NCBI GenBank assembly: GCA_020848935.1
Contig: JADLHF010000191.1
Span: 12,082-76,081, forward strand
Reading direction: 5' to 3'
DNA: 64,000 bases
Source: Acetobacteraceae bacterium
Lineage (GTDB): Bacteria > Pseudomonadota > Alphaproteobacteria > Acetobacterales > Acetobacteraceae
Shown: piece by piece, positions 36,103-45,350 of the stretch
How positions within the stretch are numbered: position 1 is the first letter of the stretch
Layout of the letters: each line of letters begins with the position of its first letter
Translations under genes and position numbers: made by a program
The notes under the pieces: generated by a model
Databases searched by the model: none
What the model saw: the letters and a program-made list of their open reading frames with translations, nothing else
Told to the model about the DNA's origin: nothing

Positions 36103-36888
36103 ATGCGCTTCCTCCGCTACACCGCCAACGCCAGGACCGCCCTCGGAATCCTCGAAGGCGACACCATCGCCGAAATCACCGGCGACCTGTTCGCCACCTG
36201 GACCCGCACCGGCCGCCAGACCCCGCTCGCCGCCGCCCGCATCGAAGTCCCCCTCATCCCCCCCACCTTCTACGCCGCCGGCCTGAACTACGTCGCCCAC
36301 GTCAAGGAAGTCGCGGAATCCCGCGGCGAGACGCCCAACTTCCCGCCCCAGGCCGATATCGGCTACCGCGCCGTCAACGCACTGACCGCCCACGACACCG
36401 ACGTCGTCATCCCCGCCGACGCCCCGGACCAGGTCCACTACGAAGGCGAACTCGTCGCCATCATCGGCAAGACCGCGAAAAACGTCAGCGAAGCCGACGC
36501 GCTGAACCACGTCTTCGGCTACACCATCGGCAACGACGTCTCCGAACGCACCTGGCAGCGCAACGACCGCACCTTCTTCCGCGCCAAGAACACCGATACC
36601 TTCAAGCCCATGGGCCCATGGATCGAAACCGACCTCGACCTCGCCGCCGCCACCACCATCATCCGCGTCAACGGCACCGAAACCATCCGCTTCCCCACCA
36701 ACGACATGCTCTACGGCATCGCCACCTTCATCAGCCGCACCAGCCGATACTGCACCCTGGTCCCCGGCGACGTGATGTGGATGGGAACCGACGGCACCTC
36801 GCCCAACCTCAAGCACAACGATGTCGTCGAAATCGACATCACCGGCCTCGGCACCCTGCGCAACCGCTTCGTCCGCGCCGGGGCGTGA
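36103..36888 (+). CDS. Fumarylacetoacetate hydrolase (FAH) family protein
   Basis: FYAAGLNYVAHVKE, HYEGELVAIIGK, GYTIGNDVSER, KNTDTFKPMGPW and PGDVMWMGT. Confidence 0.88.
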   Translation: MRFLRYTANARTALGILEGDTIAEITGDLFATWTRTGRQTPLAAARIEVPLIPPTFYAAGLNYVAHVKEVAESRGETPNFPPQADIGYRAVNALTAHDTDVVIPADAPDQVHYEGELVAIIGKTAKNVSEADALNHVFGYTIGNDVSERTWQRNDRTFFRAKNTDTFKPMGPWIETDLDLAAATTIIRVNGTETIRFPTNDMLYGIATFISRTSRYCTLVPGDVMWMGTDGTSPNLKHNDVVEIDITGLGTLRNRFVRAGA

Positions 36889-36892
36889 CGGG

Positions 36893-37042
36893 GGAAGGAA
36901 GGCCAGGGCTTTGCCCCGGACCCCACCAGGGACCCGAGGTCCCTGGACCCTCGGTCATTTTCGCCTTCGGCGAGCAAACGAATGGGGTCTGGGGCCCCCG
37001 GCCCCAGCGGGTCGAGGGCAGAGCCCTCGCCTTCCTTCCTTC
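36893..37042. repeat. GC-rich inverted-repeat element with the same GGAAGGAAGG / CCTTCCTTCC ends as the AT-rich family
   Basis: GGAAGGAAGGCCAGGGCTTTGCCCCGGACCCC...TTCGCCTTCGGCGAGCAAACGAATGGGGTCTGGGGCCCCCGGCCCC...GAGGGCAGAGCCCTCGCCTTCCTTCC. The arms are mutually complementary. The internal ACGAATG junction is the one that precedes right-hand units of the AT-rich elements. Confidence 0.8.
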
Positions 37043-37064
37043 ACCACACGCCCAGGAGACACGC

Positions 37065-38129
37065 ATGGCCGCATCGTATGAGTTGCATCGGGGTCAGTTG
37101 GAGGCGATTTTGCGGGCCTGGGGCATGCCGGCCATTCAGGCGGCGGTCACCGCCGACATCATGGCCTGGGCTGACTTGCATGGCATCGACAGCCACGGCA
37201 TGTCGATGGTCCCCGGCTATGACGACCGCCGCCGCAGCGGCAAGACCAGCATGACCGCCCAGCCCAGGGTTGTGATGGACAAGCCGGTTGCGGCCTTGAT
37301 CGATGGTGGCGGGGGGTTGGGCCACTACAACTCGTACACCGCCATGAACCTGGCGATTTCCAAGGCCCGCACGGTGGGGGTTGGCATTGCCGGCGTGCGC
37401 AATTCCTCGCATTTCGGCGCCTGCGGCTATTACGCCAAGATGGCCGCCGATGCCGGTTTCATCGGCATGGTCACCACCTCGGCCAGCGGCATCCAGGTCG
37501 CCCCCACTGGCGGGGCCGAGGCCAAGTACGGCACCGATCCCATCGCGTTTGCCGCCCCGGCGCGCGAGGGTGAGCCGTTCCTGCTCGACATGGCCACCAC
37601 CACGGTGGCCGCCGGCCGCATCCGCAACAAGGCCAACGAGGGCCTTCCCACCCCCGATGGCTGGCTGGTGGCCAAGGACGGTTCGCCCAGCAACGACCCG
37701 CTGGAGGCCTCCCAGAAGGGCGGCTTCCTCACCCCGCTCGGCGGCACCGCGGATGGCAGCAGCTACAAGGGCTATGGCCTGGCCGTCATGGTCAACGTGC
37801 TCGCCGCCGGCCTGTCGGGGGCCACCTTCCCCACCGACCCCAGCCACACCAGGAAGGCCGGCACGATGGATATCGGCCATTTCTTCATGGCCATCGACAC
37901 CGGCCTGCTGCGCGACCCCGCCGAGTTCCGCGCCGAGATGATCGCCTTCTGCGACTCCCTGCGCGCAACGAAACCCGCCGACCCCCAAAAACCCGTCATG
38001 GTCGCCGGCGATCCCGAGCGCCGCAACGCGGCACGCCGCCGGCAGGAGGGGATTCCGGTCGGCCCGAACCTGCTGGCCAAGGTGAAGGCGATTGCCGCGG
38101 CGTCGGGGGCGCCGTGGCTATTGGGGTGA
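37065..38129 (+). CDS. Ldh2 family (malate/L-lactate/ureidoglycolate dehydrogenase-like) oxidoreductase
   Basis: HGIDSHGMSMVPGY, NSSHFGACGYYA, YGTDPIAFAAP, TTTVAAGRIR and YKGYGLAVMVNVL. AGGAGA lies 5 nt before the ATG. Confidence 0.88.
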   Translation: MAASYELHRGQLEAILRAWGMPAIQAAVTADIMAWADLHGIDSHGMSMVPGYDDRRRSGKTSMTAQPRVVMDKPVAALIDGGGGLGHYNSYTAMNLAISKARTVGVGIAGVRNSSHFGACGYYAKMAADAGFIGMVTTSASGIQVAPTGGAEAKYGTDPIAFAAPAREGEPFLLDMATTTVAAGRIRNKANEGLPTPDGWLVAKDGSPSNDPLEASQKGGFLTPLGGTADGSSYKGYGLAVMVNVLAAGLSGATFPTDPSHTRKAGTMDIGHFFMAIDTGLLRDPAEFRAEMIAFCDSLRATKPADPQKPVMVAGDPERRNAARRRQEGIPVGPNLLAKVKAIAAASGAPWLLG

Positions 38130-38173
38130 CGGACCGACGGACAGCGCCAGGGCGCCGGCCGTGTCCGCCGCCA

Positions 38174-39499
38174 TCACACCGCCACCGAATGCCGCGCCCG
38201 GCCGGTGGCGAGGTATGTGTCGAACACGGACGCGACAACGCGCGCCAGCTTGCGCCCGGCGGGGGTCAGGATGATGCTGGTGCCGTCGCGGATGAGCAGG
38301 CCGTCGGCGGCCATGGTGTCCAGGATCGCGCCTTCGTCGGCACACGGACCCAGCGCGGCGATATCGGCCTGGCCAGCGCACATCAGCCGTTCGATGATGT
38401 CCCCGCGCAGCCGGTCTTCGGCAGAGATCGCCACCCCCTTGGCCACCGGCAGGCTGCCGGCGGCGATGGCTCGGGACCAGGCGCCGGTTTCGGCGATGTT
38501 CTGCACGTGGCCGAAGGGCGAGCGGCCGATGGCCGTGGCGCCCAGGCCGATCAGGGTTTCCGCGGGGTCGGTGGTGTAGCCCTGGAAGTTGCGCCGCAGG
38601 GTGCCGGCGCGGGCGGCGATGGCCATGGGATCATCGGGCAGGGCGAAGTGGTCCAGGCCGATCGCCTGGTACCCGGCCTCGCCAAGAGCTTCGGCGGCGG
38701 ACTCGGCCTGGCATGCGCGAGCGGCACCGTCAGGCAGGGCGGCTTCGTCGATCAGCCGCTGCTTCTTGGCCATCCAGGGAACATGGGCATAGCCGAACAG
38801 GGCGATGCGGTCCGGGCGCATGGCCGCGGCGGTGGCGATGGTGGCCAGCAGGGTGGCCTCGGTCTGGTGCGGCAGGCCGTAGATCAGGTCGAAATTGATG
38901 CGCGAGACACCGGCCCCGCGCAGGTTGTCCACCGCGCGGGCGACCATGTCGGGCGGCTGGATGCGGTTGATCGCCTGCTGCACCCGGGGGTCGAACTCCT
39001 GCACGCCGAAGCTGGCGCGGGTGAAGCCCAGCGCGCCGATGCGCCGGGCCATTTCGGGCGTCAGGGTCCGCGGGTCGCTCTCGATCGCCAACTCGGCATC
39101 CGCCAGGATGGTGAAGTGCCTGCGCAGGCGGTCCATGACCGCGGCAAGGTCGTCAGGCGAAAGCGCCGTCGGCGTGCCGCCGCCCCAGGCGAGGTGGGCG
39201 ACCGGCAACCCCGGCGGCAGCAGGGCGGCGGCCAGCTCGATCTCGGCGTGCAGCGCCTCGACATAGGCGGCGATCGGCGCATAGCTGGCGGCCAGCTTCA
39301 TGTTGCAGCCGCAGTAGAAGCACACCTCGCGGCAGAACGGCACGTGCAGGTAGAGCGAGACCGGGCGCGAAGGATCGGTGCGGCGCAGCCAGTCGGCATA
39401 GGTGGCGGGCGCGAAATCGGGCTGGAAATGCGGCGCCGTGGGATAGCTGGTGTAGCGCGGCACCGCGCGGCGGGCGTAGGCGGCAAGGGCTTCGGACAT
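38174..39499 (-). CDS. hemN: Oxygen-independent coproporphyrinogen III oxidase (radical SAM)
   Basis: PRYTSYPTAPHF, the radical-SAM cluster motif YLHVPFCREVCFYCGCN, and GGGTPT. Confidence 0.9.
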   Translation of the reverse strand: MSEALAAYARRAVPRYTSYPTAPHFQPDFAPATYADWLRRTDPSRPVSLYLHVPFCREVCFYCGCNMKLAASYAPIAAYVEALHAEIELAAALLPPGLPVAHLAWGGGTPTALSPDDLAAVMDRLRRHFTILADAELAIESDPRTLTPEMARRIGALGFTRASFGVQEFDPRVQQAINRIQPPDMVARAVDNLRGAGVSRINFDLIYGLPHQTEATLLATIATAAAMRPDRIALFGYAHVPWMAKKQRLIDEAALPDGAARACQAESAAEALGEAGYQAIGLDHFALPDDPMAIAARAGTLRRNFQGYTTDPAETLIGLGATAIGRSPFGHVQNIAETGAWSRAIAAGSLPVAKGVAISAEDRLRGDIIERLMCAGQADIAALGPCADEGAILDTMAADGLLIRDGTSIILTPAGRKLARVVASVFDTYLATGRARHSVAV

Positions 39500-39552
39500 G
39501 GGATGCTCCCGCGAAGGCGCGCGCAGAATGGCGCGCGCGACGGCATTGGACG

Positions 39553-39566
39553 TTGATGCAGGTCAA
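39553..39566 (-). promoter_or_regulatory. FNR/FixK-type box upstream of hemN
   Basis: Minus strand TTGACCTGCATCAA fits TTGA-N6-TCAA (consensus TTGAT-N4-ATCAA). It is centred ~60 nt upstream of the hemN ATG, and hemN is a classical FNR/FixK target. Confidence 0.6.
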
Positions 39567-39611
39567 GCAAGGCTTCTTTTTGTGAACAGGAAGAAGCCTC
39601 CTTCTTCCTTC
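39564..39611. repeat. Minimal single-hairpin version of the repeat family, copy 9
   Basis: CAAGCAAG-GCTTCTTTTTGTGAACAGGAAGAAGC-CTCCTTCTTCCTTC has one GTGAAC-loop hairpin flanked by both end types. It overlaps the FNR-like box on one side and the amidase TGA (39610-39612) on the other. Confidence 0.75.
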
Positions 39612-41118
39612 ACTCCACCTGCTGCGCCAGGCTCCGTGCCTGCGGATGTGCGCTGCGGTGGGTGGCGAAGGCGGCGAGTTCGGGGTGCGGGGTGGACAGC
39701 TTGGCCAGGTCCGGGCGCGGGCGGGCCAGGGTGGGGATGCGCGACCAGGCGGCTTCCATCGCCTCGGCGGCGTCCAGCAGCGCCAGGTCGCCGTGGAAGC
39801 GGCCGATGACCTGCATCCCGAAGGGCATGCCCATGGGATCGCGGCCGCAGGGCAGCGAGATCGCGGGGTTGGTCACCAGGGTCACGTCATAGGTCAGCGC
39901 CAGCCAGTGGTAGTAGTTGCGGAGCCTCTTGCCGTCGAGCTCGTCGAGATAGAGCTGGGTCCAGGGGAAGGGGGTGACGGGCACGGTGGGGGACAGGACC
40001 AGGTCGTAGTCGCGGAAGATGGTCTGGAAGCGGCGGAAGATGCGGGTCTGCTCGCCGGCGGCCCAGGCGGAGTCGGCAAGCGTCATGCCGGCACCGATCT
40101 CGTAGTTGGCGCGGATGTTGGGGCCGAGCGCGGAGGGGTCGCGGGAGTACTGCGCCTGGTAGCGGGCAACGAAGCCCTGCGCGCGCACCACGTCGAAGCA
40201 GCGGTCGGCCTCGCCCATGTCGATGTCGATCGCGTCGCAGCGGGCGAACAGATGGGCCATGGCGGCGATCTTGTCGCGCATGGCGGCGCGGATTTCCTGT
40301 CCGACCGGGCATTGGCCGAAATCCTCGGTCCAGGCCACGCGCAGGGTGCCGAGGTCGGCGGGGCGGGGGGCGAGGATAGCGGCCCGGTCGAGCGGGAAGC
40401 CCAGCGGCTCGCGGTCGTCCATGCCAGCCTGGGCGGCGAACAACAGGCGGGTGTCGGCGACAGTGCGGCCCATCGGGCCGAGGACGGAAATCGGCGTCCA
40501 GCCATGCGGGCGCTTGTCCATCGGCACCACGCCGGGCGAGGGGCGGAATCCGGTGATGCCGCACATCGCCGCCGGGATGCGCAGCGAGCCGCCAGTGTCC
40601 GATCCCGTGCAGACCGGCAGCATGTCGGTGGCCAGGGCGACCGCCGAGCCGCCCGAGGAGCCGCCGGGGTTGAGCGTCGGGTTGAACGGGTTGCCGGTGG
40701 CGCCCCAGACCGGGTTGCGGCTGTTCGCCCCGGCACCGAATTCCGGCACGTTGGTCTTGCACAGGATCACCGCACCCTCGCCGCGGATGTTGGCGACCAT
40801 GGCACAGTCGAAATCCGGCACCTCCTCGGCGTGCAGCGGCGAGCCGTAGGTGGTCAGCAGCCCGCCGGTTTCGTGCAGGTCCTTGACCCCGGTCGGCAGG
40901 CCGTGCAGCAGGCCGAGCGGTTCGCCGGCCAGCACCGCGCGTTCGGCCAGGCGCGCGACGCGCCGCGCCTCGGCGAGATCGGCGCCGGTGATGGCGTTGG
41001 TCGCGGGGTTCAGCGCGACGATGCGTTCGACGCTGGCCTCCAGCAGTTCGACCGGGGAGATCTCCTTCGAGCCGATGCGCTGGCGCAGTTCGACGGTGGA
41101 GAGCGACAAAAGGTCCAT
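39610..41118 (-). CDS. Amidase (amidase-signature family)
   Basis: GGSSGGSAVALATDMLPVCTGSDTGGSLRIPAAMCGITGFRPSPG. The N-terminus MDLLSLSTVELRQRIGSKEISPVELL is typical. An ATG at 41139 is an alternative start. Confidence 0.88.
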   Translation of the reverse strand: MDLLSLSTVELRQRIGSKEISPVELLEASVERIVALNPATNAITGADLAEARRVARLAERAVLAGEPLGLLHGLPTGVKDLHETGGLLTTYGSPLHAEEVPDFDCAMVANIRGEGAVILCKTNVPEFGAGANSRNPVWGATGNPFNPTLNPGGSSGGSAVALATDMLPVCTGSDTGGSLRIPAAMCGITGFRPSPGVVPMDKRPHGWTPISVLGPMGRTVADTRLLFAAQAGMDDREPLGFPLDRAAILAPRPADLGTLRVAWTEDFGQCPVGQEIRAAMRDKIAAMAHLFARCDAIDIDMGEADRCFDVVRAQGFVARYQAQYSRDPSALGPNIRANYEIGAGMTLADSAWAAGEQTRIFRRFQTIFRDYDLVLSPTVPVTPFPWTQLYLDELDGKRLRNYYHWLALTYDVTLVTNPAISLPCGRDPMGMPFGMQVIGRFHGDLALLDAAEAMEAAWSRIPTLARPRPDLAKLSTPHPELAAFATHRSAHPQARSLAQQVE

Positions 41119-41201
41119 GATGGCGGTCCTTGGGATCAATCGCGGCCGGGGAAGTCGTCAGCGGTGCCGAGGCGGCCGTTGTGCCATCCATCCATGCCCT
41201 A

Positions 41202-42002
41202 TTATTCCACGTGTGCCGAGACGCCCGCCGGCGCCGCGCTGCGGCCGCCATCGACCACGTATTGCGCGCCGGTCACGTTGCCGGCGAGGTCGCAGAGCAG
41301 GAACAGCACGACGTTGGCGACTTCCTCGGCGGTCCCGTAGCGGCGCAGCGGGATCGATCCGGCGTAGCCCGCCTCGACGGCGTCGGGGTTGTTGGGGGAG
41401 ACCTGCCTGGCGATGTCGCGCACCATGCGGGTGTCGATCGGGCCGGGCAGGACGGCGTTGACCCGGATGCCTTGCGGCCCGACCTCGCCGGCGGCGACCT
41501 TGGTCAGCCCGGCGACCGCGTGCTTGCTGGCGACATAGGCCGGCATGCCGGAGGTGCCGAAGATGGCGGCGACCGAGGCGGTGTTGACGATGGCGCCGTG
41601 GCCCTGTTTCAGCATCACCGGCAGGACGTGGCGCAGGCCGAGGAACACGCCCTTGACGTTGACCGCGATCACGCTGTCGAACACCGCCTCGTCGTATTCG
41701 GCGGTGGGCGCGATGCGGCCCTCGATGCCGGCGTTGTTGTGGAAGCAGTCGATCGCGCCCCAGGTGTCCAGCGCCAGCTTCACATAGGCCTGGACGTCGC
41801 GGGATTGCGACACGTCCGCGGCGGCGAACAGGGCGTGGCCGCCGGCGGCGCGGATGGCGGCGGCGGTCGCCTCGCCGGCCGCCGCGTCGCGGTCCACCAC
41901 CAGCACGCCGCGCGCGCCGCGCTGCGCCAGGCCGTGGCACACCGCGGCGCCGATGCCGTTGGCGCCGCCGGTGACCACCGCCACCTTGCCCGAGAAATCC
42001 AT
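41202..42002 (-). CDS. SDR family oxidoreductase
   Basis: KVAVVTGGANGIGAA (TGxxxGxG), NNAG, YVASKHAV (YxxxK) and RVNAVLPGPIDT. Confidence 0.88.
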   Translation of the reverse strand: MDFSGKVAVVTGGANGIGAAVCHGLAQRGARGVLVVDRDAAAGEATAAAIRAAGGHALFAAADVSQSRDVQAYVKLALDTWGAIDCFHNNAGIEGRIAPTAEYDEAVFDSVIAVNVKGVFLGLRHVLPVMLKQGHGAIVNTASVAAIFGTSGMPAYVASKHAVAGLTKVAAGEVGPQGIRVNAVLPGPIDTRMVRDIARQVSPNNPDAVEAGYAGSIPLRRYGTAEEVANVVLFLLCDLAGNVTGAQYVVDGGRSAAPAGVSAHVE

Positions 42003-42074
42003 CCGCCGCCTCCCTCCCCTGCCCCACTTGCCCCTGACGATGCCAGCGGGGTGGAGCAGGGGCAAGCGGCGGGA

Positions 42075-45000
42075 TCAGGCGGCGGGCACGTGGGCGATGC
42101 CGGCGCTGGCCGCCGCGCGGTTGATCTCGGCGATGTCGCCGGTCAGCACGGCGTTCATGGCCGCCAGCTGGGCGGCCACGTTGTCCATCAGCTCCTGCGA
42201 CACCGCGGCGGCCTGGGCGGTGGGCTCGCGGTCCGAGATGGCCACCGTGTTGATCAGATCGACCAGCGTGTCGTTCAGCCCCGCCGGGTTGCGCAGCGCA
42301 TCGCGCGGGGATTGGCGGTGGACATCGACCAGCACGCCCTCCACGGCGGCGAGCGCCGTGCTGGCGGATGTCGCGCGCTCGGCGAGGTCGCCCGGCCCGG
42401 CGGCCTCGGCCAGGGCGGCGAGTTGCCTTCGGGTGCGGCGCAGGCGGTTGACGCCCTGGTTGAGACTGTCCAGCGAAGCGTTCAGCCGCAGCAGCAGGTC
42501 CAGCTGCGCCTGGTGCTGCGCCGGGGTGGTGGGCAGGCGCGGGTCCTTGACGATGGTGAAGGGTTGCGCCTGGGTGGCGCCGCCGACGGTCAGCTCGGCG
42601 GTGTAGTTGCCGGGGATGGCGAGCGGGCCGGGCGTGTTGTCGGGATCGGCGACCAGCGCCTTCGGCTTCGGCGCGGCGAGCGTATTGTCCATCTTCGCCG
42701 GGCCGGGGTGGCGCATGTCCCAGATGTAGCGGTTCAGGCCCGGCCTGGTGGACGGGCGCTTGGCCGCGGGGACCGTGGTGTCGTCGCTGGCATAGGCGGC
42801 GATGGTCTTGCCGCCGGCGTCGCGGAAGGCGAGCGTGACGGGGCCGCTGTGGTCGGCGGGCAGGGTGTACCAGATGATGGCGCCGCCGGGCGGGTTCTCG
42901 CCGATGTCCAGGTGCTCGCGCACCTTGGTCCCGTCGGGCTTCTCGTAATGGGCGATGCCGCCGCCGATGCCGAACACCAGTTGGAACGAGACCGGGCCGC
43001 GAGCGCCGCCGAGGGCACCGAAATGCATGCGCGTGCGCACGGTGGGCCGTGACGGCAGCAGCTTCGCGCCGCTGCCGGCGGCCGGCAGGTTGCGCAGGGC
43101 GGTGAGGTCGTCCAGCACCCAGAAGGCGCGGCCGTGGGTGCCGGCGACCAGGTCGGTGTCCTTGATCTTGAGATCATAGACCGGAACGATCGGCAGGCCG
43201 CCGGGCAGCCGCGCCCAGCTGGCGCCGTCGTCCAGGGTGAAGAACACGCCGGTCTCGGTGCCGGCGAACAGCAGGCCGCGGCGCACGGGATCGGCGCGGA
43301 CGACGCGGGTGATCTCGCCCTCGGGGAAATTGCCGTTGATCGAGGTCCAGCTGCGGCCGCCGTCGCTGGTGCGATAGAGATAGGGCTTGTAGTCCGACAG
43401 CTTGTAGCGCGTGGCCGCGACATAGACGGTGTCGGCATCGAAGGGCGAGGGCTCGACGCAGCCGACATAGGCGAGTTCCGGCAGGCTGGGCGGGGTGACG
43501 TTGGTCCAGTCATTGCCGCCCGCGCGCATGACGTGGACCAGGCCGTCATCGGTGGCGGCCCAGATCTCGCCCTTGCGGTGCGGGTTCTCGACCACGCTGG
43601 CGGTGGTGGCGTGGACTTCGGCGCCAGCACTTTCGCGGGTGATGTCGCCGCCGGAATGGCCCTGGCGGGACTTGTCGTTCAGGCTGAGGTCGGGCGAGAT
43701 CGGCTGCCAGCTCTGGCCCTCGTTGGTGGATTTGAACACCACGTTGCCGCCGGCATAGAGCGTGTCGGGGTCGTGCGGCGAGAAGACGATCGGGAAGGTC
43801 CAGGCGAAGCGGTATTTCAGGTCGCGCGGGGCGACGCCGGTGGATTCCTCCGGCCAAACATTGACCAGCGAGATCTGGTCGGTCTTGTAGTCGTAGCGCT
43901 GCAACGCGCCGGCCCCGCCGGGGCTGGAGCCGACGGCGCCGACGAAGACCACGTCCTGGTCGTTCGGCTTGACCGCGATGAAGCCGCTTTCGCCGGTGCC
44001 GGGATAGGTGCAGTCGCCGAGCGTGATCGCACCCCAGACGGTGGCGGTGGGCACGGCGATGGAGGTGTTGTCCTGCTGCGTGCCATAGACGCGGTAGGGG
44101 TACCGGTTGTCGGTGTCGATCCGGTAGAACTGGCCGGTGGGCTGGTTGTAGATCGACGACCAGGTGATGCCGCCGTTGAAGGTGACCTGGGCGCCGCCGT
44201 CATTGCCCTCGATCATGCGGCGGCTGTCGGCCGGGTCGATCCAGAGGTCGTGGTTGTCGCCGTGCGAGGTGTTGATCTCGGTGAAGTTCGTGCCGCCGTC
44301 GGTGGATTTCCACATGCACAGGTTGGTGACGTACACCGTGTCGGCGTGGCTGGGGTCGGCGAAGACGTGGGTGTAGTACCACGGCCGGTGCATCAGGTCG
44401 CGGCTGGCTTGGGTTTGCACCCAGGTGGCGCCGTGGTCGTCGGAGCGGTAGAGGCCGCATTTCTCGCCCTCCGCCTCCACCAGCGCCCAGACGCGGCCGG
44501 ACTGGGCGGGGGAGACGGCGACGCCGATCTTGCCGAGCGGGCCGGTGGGCAGGCCCTTGTTGCGGGAAATCTCCGTCCACGTGTCGCCGCCGTCGGTGGA
44601 CTTGAACAGGCCGCAGCCGGGGCCGCCCGACGAAATATTCCAGAAGTTGCGGCGGGTCTGCCAGATGGTGGCGTAGAGCACGCGCGGGTTGCTGGCATCC
44701 ATCGCCATGTCCACGGCACCACTGTCGGCGTCGCGGTGCAGCACGCATTGCCAGGTCTTGCCGCCATCGGTGGTGCGATAGACGCCGCGCGCCTCGTGGG
44801 GGCCGAAGATGTCGCCCAGGGCGGCGACATAGGCGATGTCGGGGTTGGCCGGGTGGATCAGCACGCGGCCGATATGCTTGGTGTCGCGCAGGCCGACATT
44901 GGTCCAGGTGGCGCCGGCATCGGTGCTTTTGTAGACGCCGTCGCCGTAGGAGACGTCCAGGCGGATGGTGGTCTCGCCCATGCCGGCGTAGATGACGTTG

Positions 45001-45242
45001 GAGTCCGAGCGGGCGACGGCGATTGCGCCGACGGCGGCGGTGGCCAGGAAGCCGTCGGACACGCAGCGCCAGTAGATGCCGCCGTCGATGGTCTTCCAAA
45101 TGCCGCCGGCGCAGGCGCCGAAGTAGAACACCATCGGGTTGTTGAAGTCGCCCGCCACCGCCACCACGCGCCCGCCGCGCGATGGGCCGATGCAGCGCCA
45201 CTTGAGACCGGACAGCATGGCGTCGGAGGGCACGTCGTTCAT
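42075..45242 (-). CDS. BNR/Asp-box repeat protein (sortilin/VPS10-like beta-propeller, glycosyl-hydrolase-like)
   Basis: At least nine S/T-x-D-G-G-x-T/S-W boxes, for example STDAGATW, TTDGGKTW, STDGGDTW, SDDHGATW, STNEGQSW and TSDGGRSW. I start at MNDVPSDAMLSGLKWRCIGP (ATG 45240-45242). The 5' 400 codons of the track ORF are junk. No signal peptide is evident. Confidence 0.8.
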   Translation of the reverse strand: MNDVPSDAMLSGLKWRCIGPSRGGRVVAVAGDFNNPMVFYFGACAGGIWKTIDGGIYWRCVSDGFLATAAVGAIAVARSDSNVIYAGMGETTIRLDVSYGDGVYKSTDAGATWTNVGLRDTKHIGRVLIHPANPDIAYVAALGDIFGPHEARGVYRTTDGGKTWQCVLHRDADSGAVDMAMDASNPRVLYATIWQTRRNFWNISSGGPGCGLFKSTDGGDTWTEISRNKGLPTGPLGKIGVAVSPAQSGRVWALVEAEGEKCGLYRSDDHGATWVQTQASRDLMHRPWYYTHVFADPSHADTVYVTNLCMWKSTDGGTNFTEINTSHGDNHDLWIDPADSRRMIEGNDGGAQVTFNGGITWSSIYNQPTGQFYRIDTDNRYPYRVYGTQQDNTSIAVPTATVWGAITLGDCTYPGTGESGFIAVKPNDQDVVFVGAVGSSPGGAGALQRYDYKTDQISLVNVWPEESTGVAPRDLKYRFAWTFPIVFSPHDPDTLYAGGNVVFKSTNEGQSWQPISPDLSLNDKSRQGHSGGDITRESAGAEVHATTASVVENPHRKGEIWAATDDGLVHVMRAGGNDWTNVTPPSLPELAYVGCVEPSPFDADTVYVAATRYKLSDYKPYLYRTSDGGRSWTSINGNFPEGEITRVVRADPVRRGLLFAGTETGVFFTLDDGASWARLPGGLPIVPVYDLKIKDTDLVAGTHGRAFWVLDDLTALRNLPAAGSGAKLLPSRPTVRTRMHFGALGGARGPVSFQLVFGIGGGIAHYEKPDGTKVREHLDIGENPPGGAIIWYTLPADHSGPVTLAFRDAGGKTIAAYASDDTTVPAAKRPSTRPGLNRYIWDMRHPGPAKMDNTLAAPKPKALVADPDNTPGPLAIPGNYTAELTVGGATQAQPFTIVKDPRLPTTPAQHQAQLDLLLRLNASLDSLNQGVNRLRRTRRQLAALAEAAGPGDLAERATSASTALAAVEGVLVDVHRQSPRDALRNPAGLNDTLVDLINTVAISDREPTAQAAAVSQELMDNVAAQLAAMNAVLTGDIAEINRAAASAGIAHVPAA

Positions 45243-45350
45243 CGCATTGTTCTCGGGAAAAATTGGAGGTGGCGCGAGAGTGCTGCCGTTCCGTCCCGCT
45301 GGCAACCGGGGCCGCTTGACCGGACCCGGCGGGGGGCGGAGGCTTGGCGC

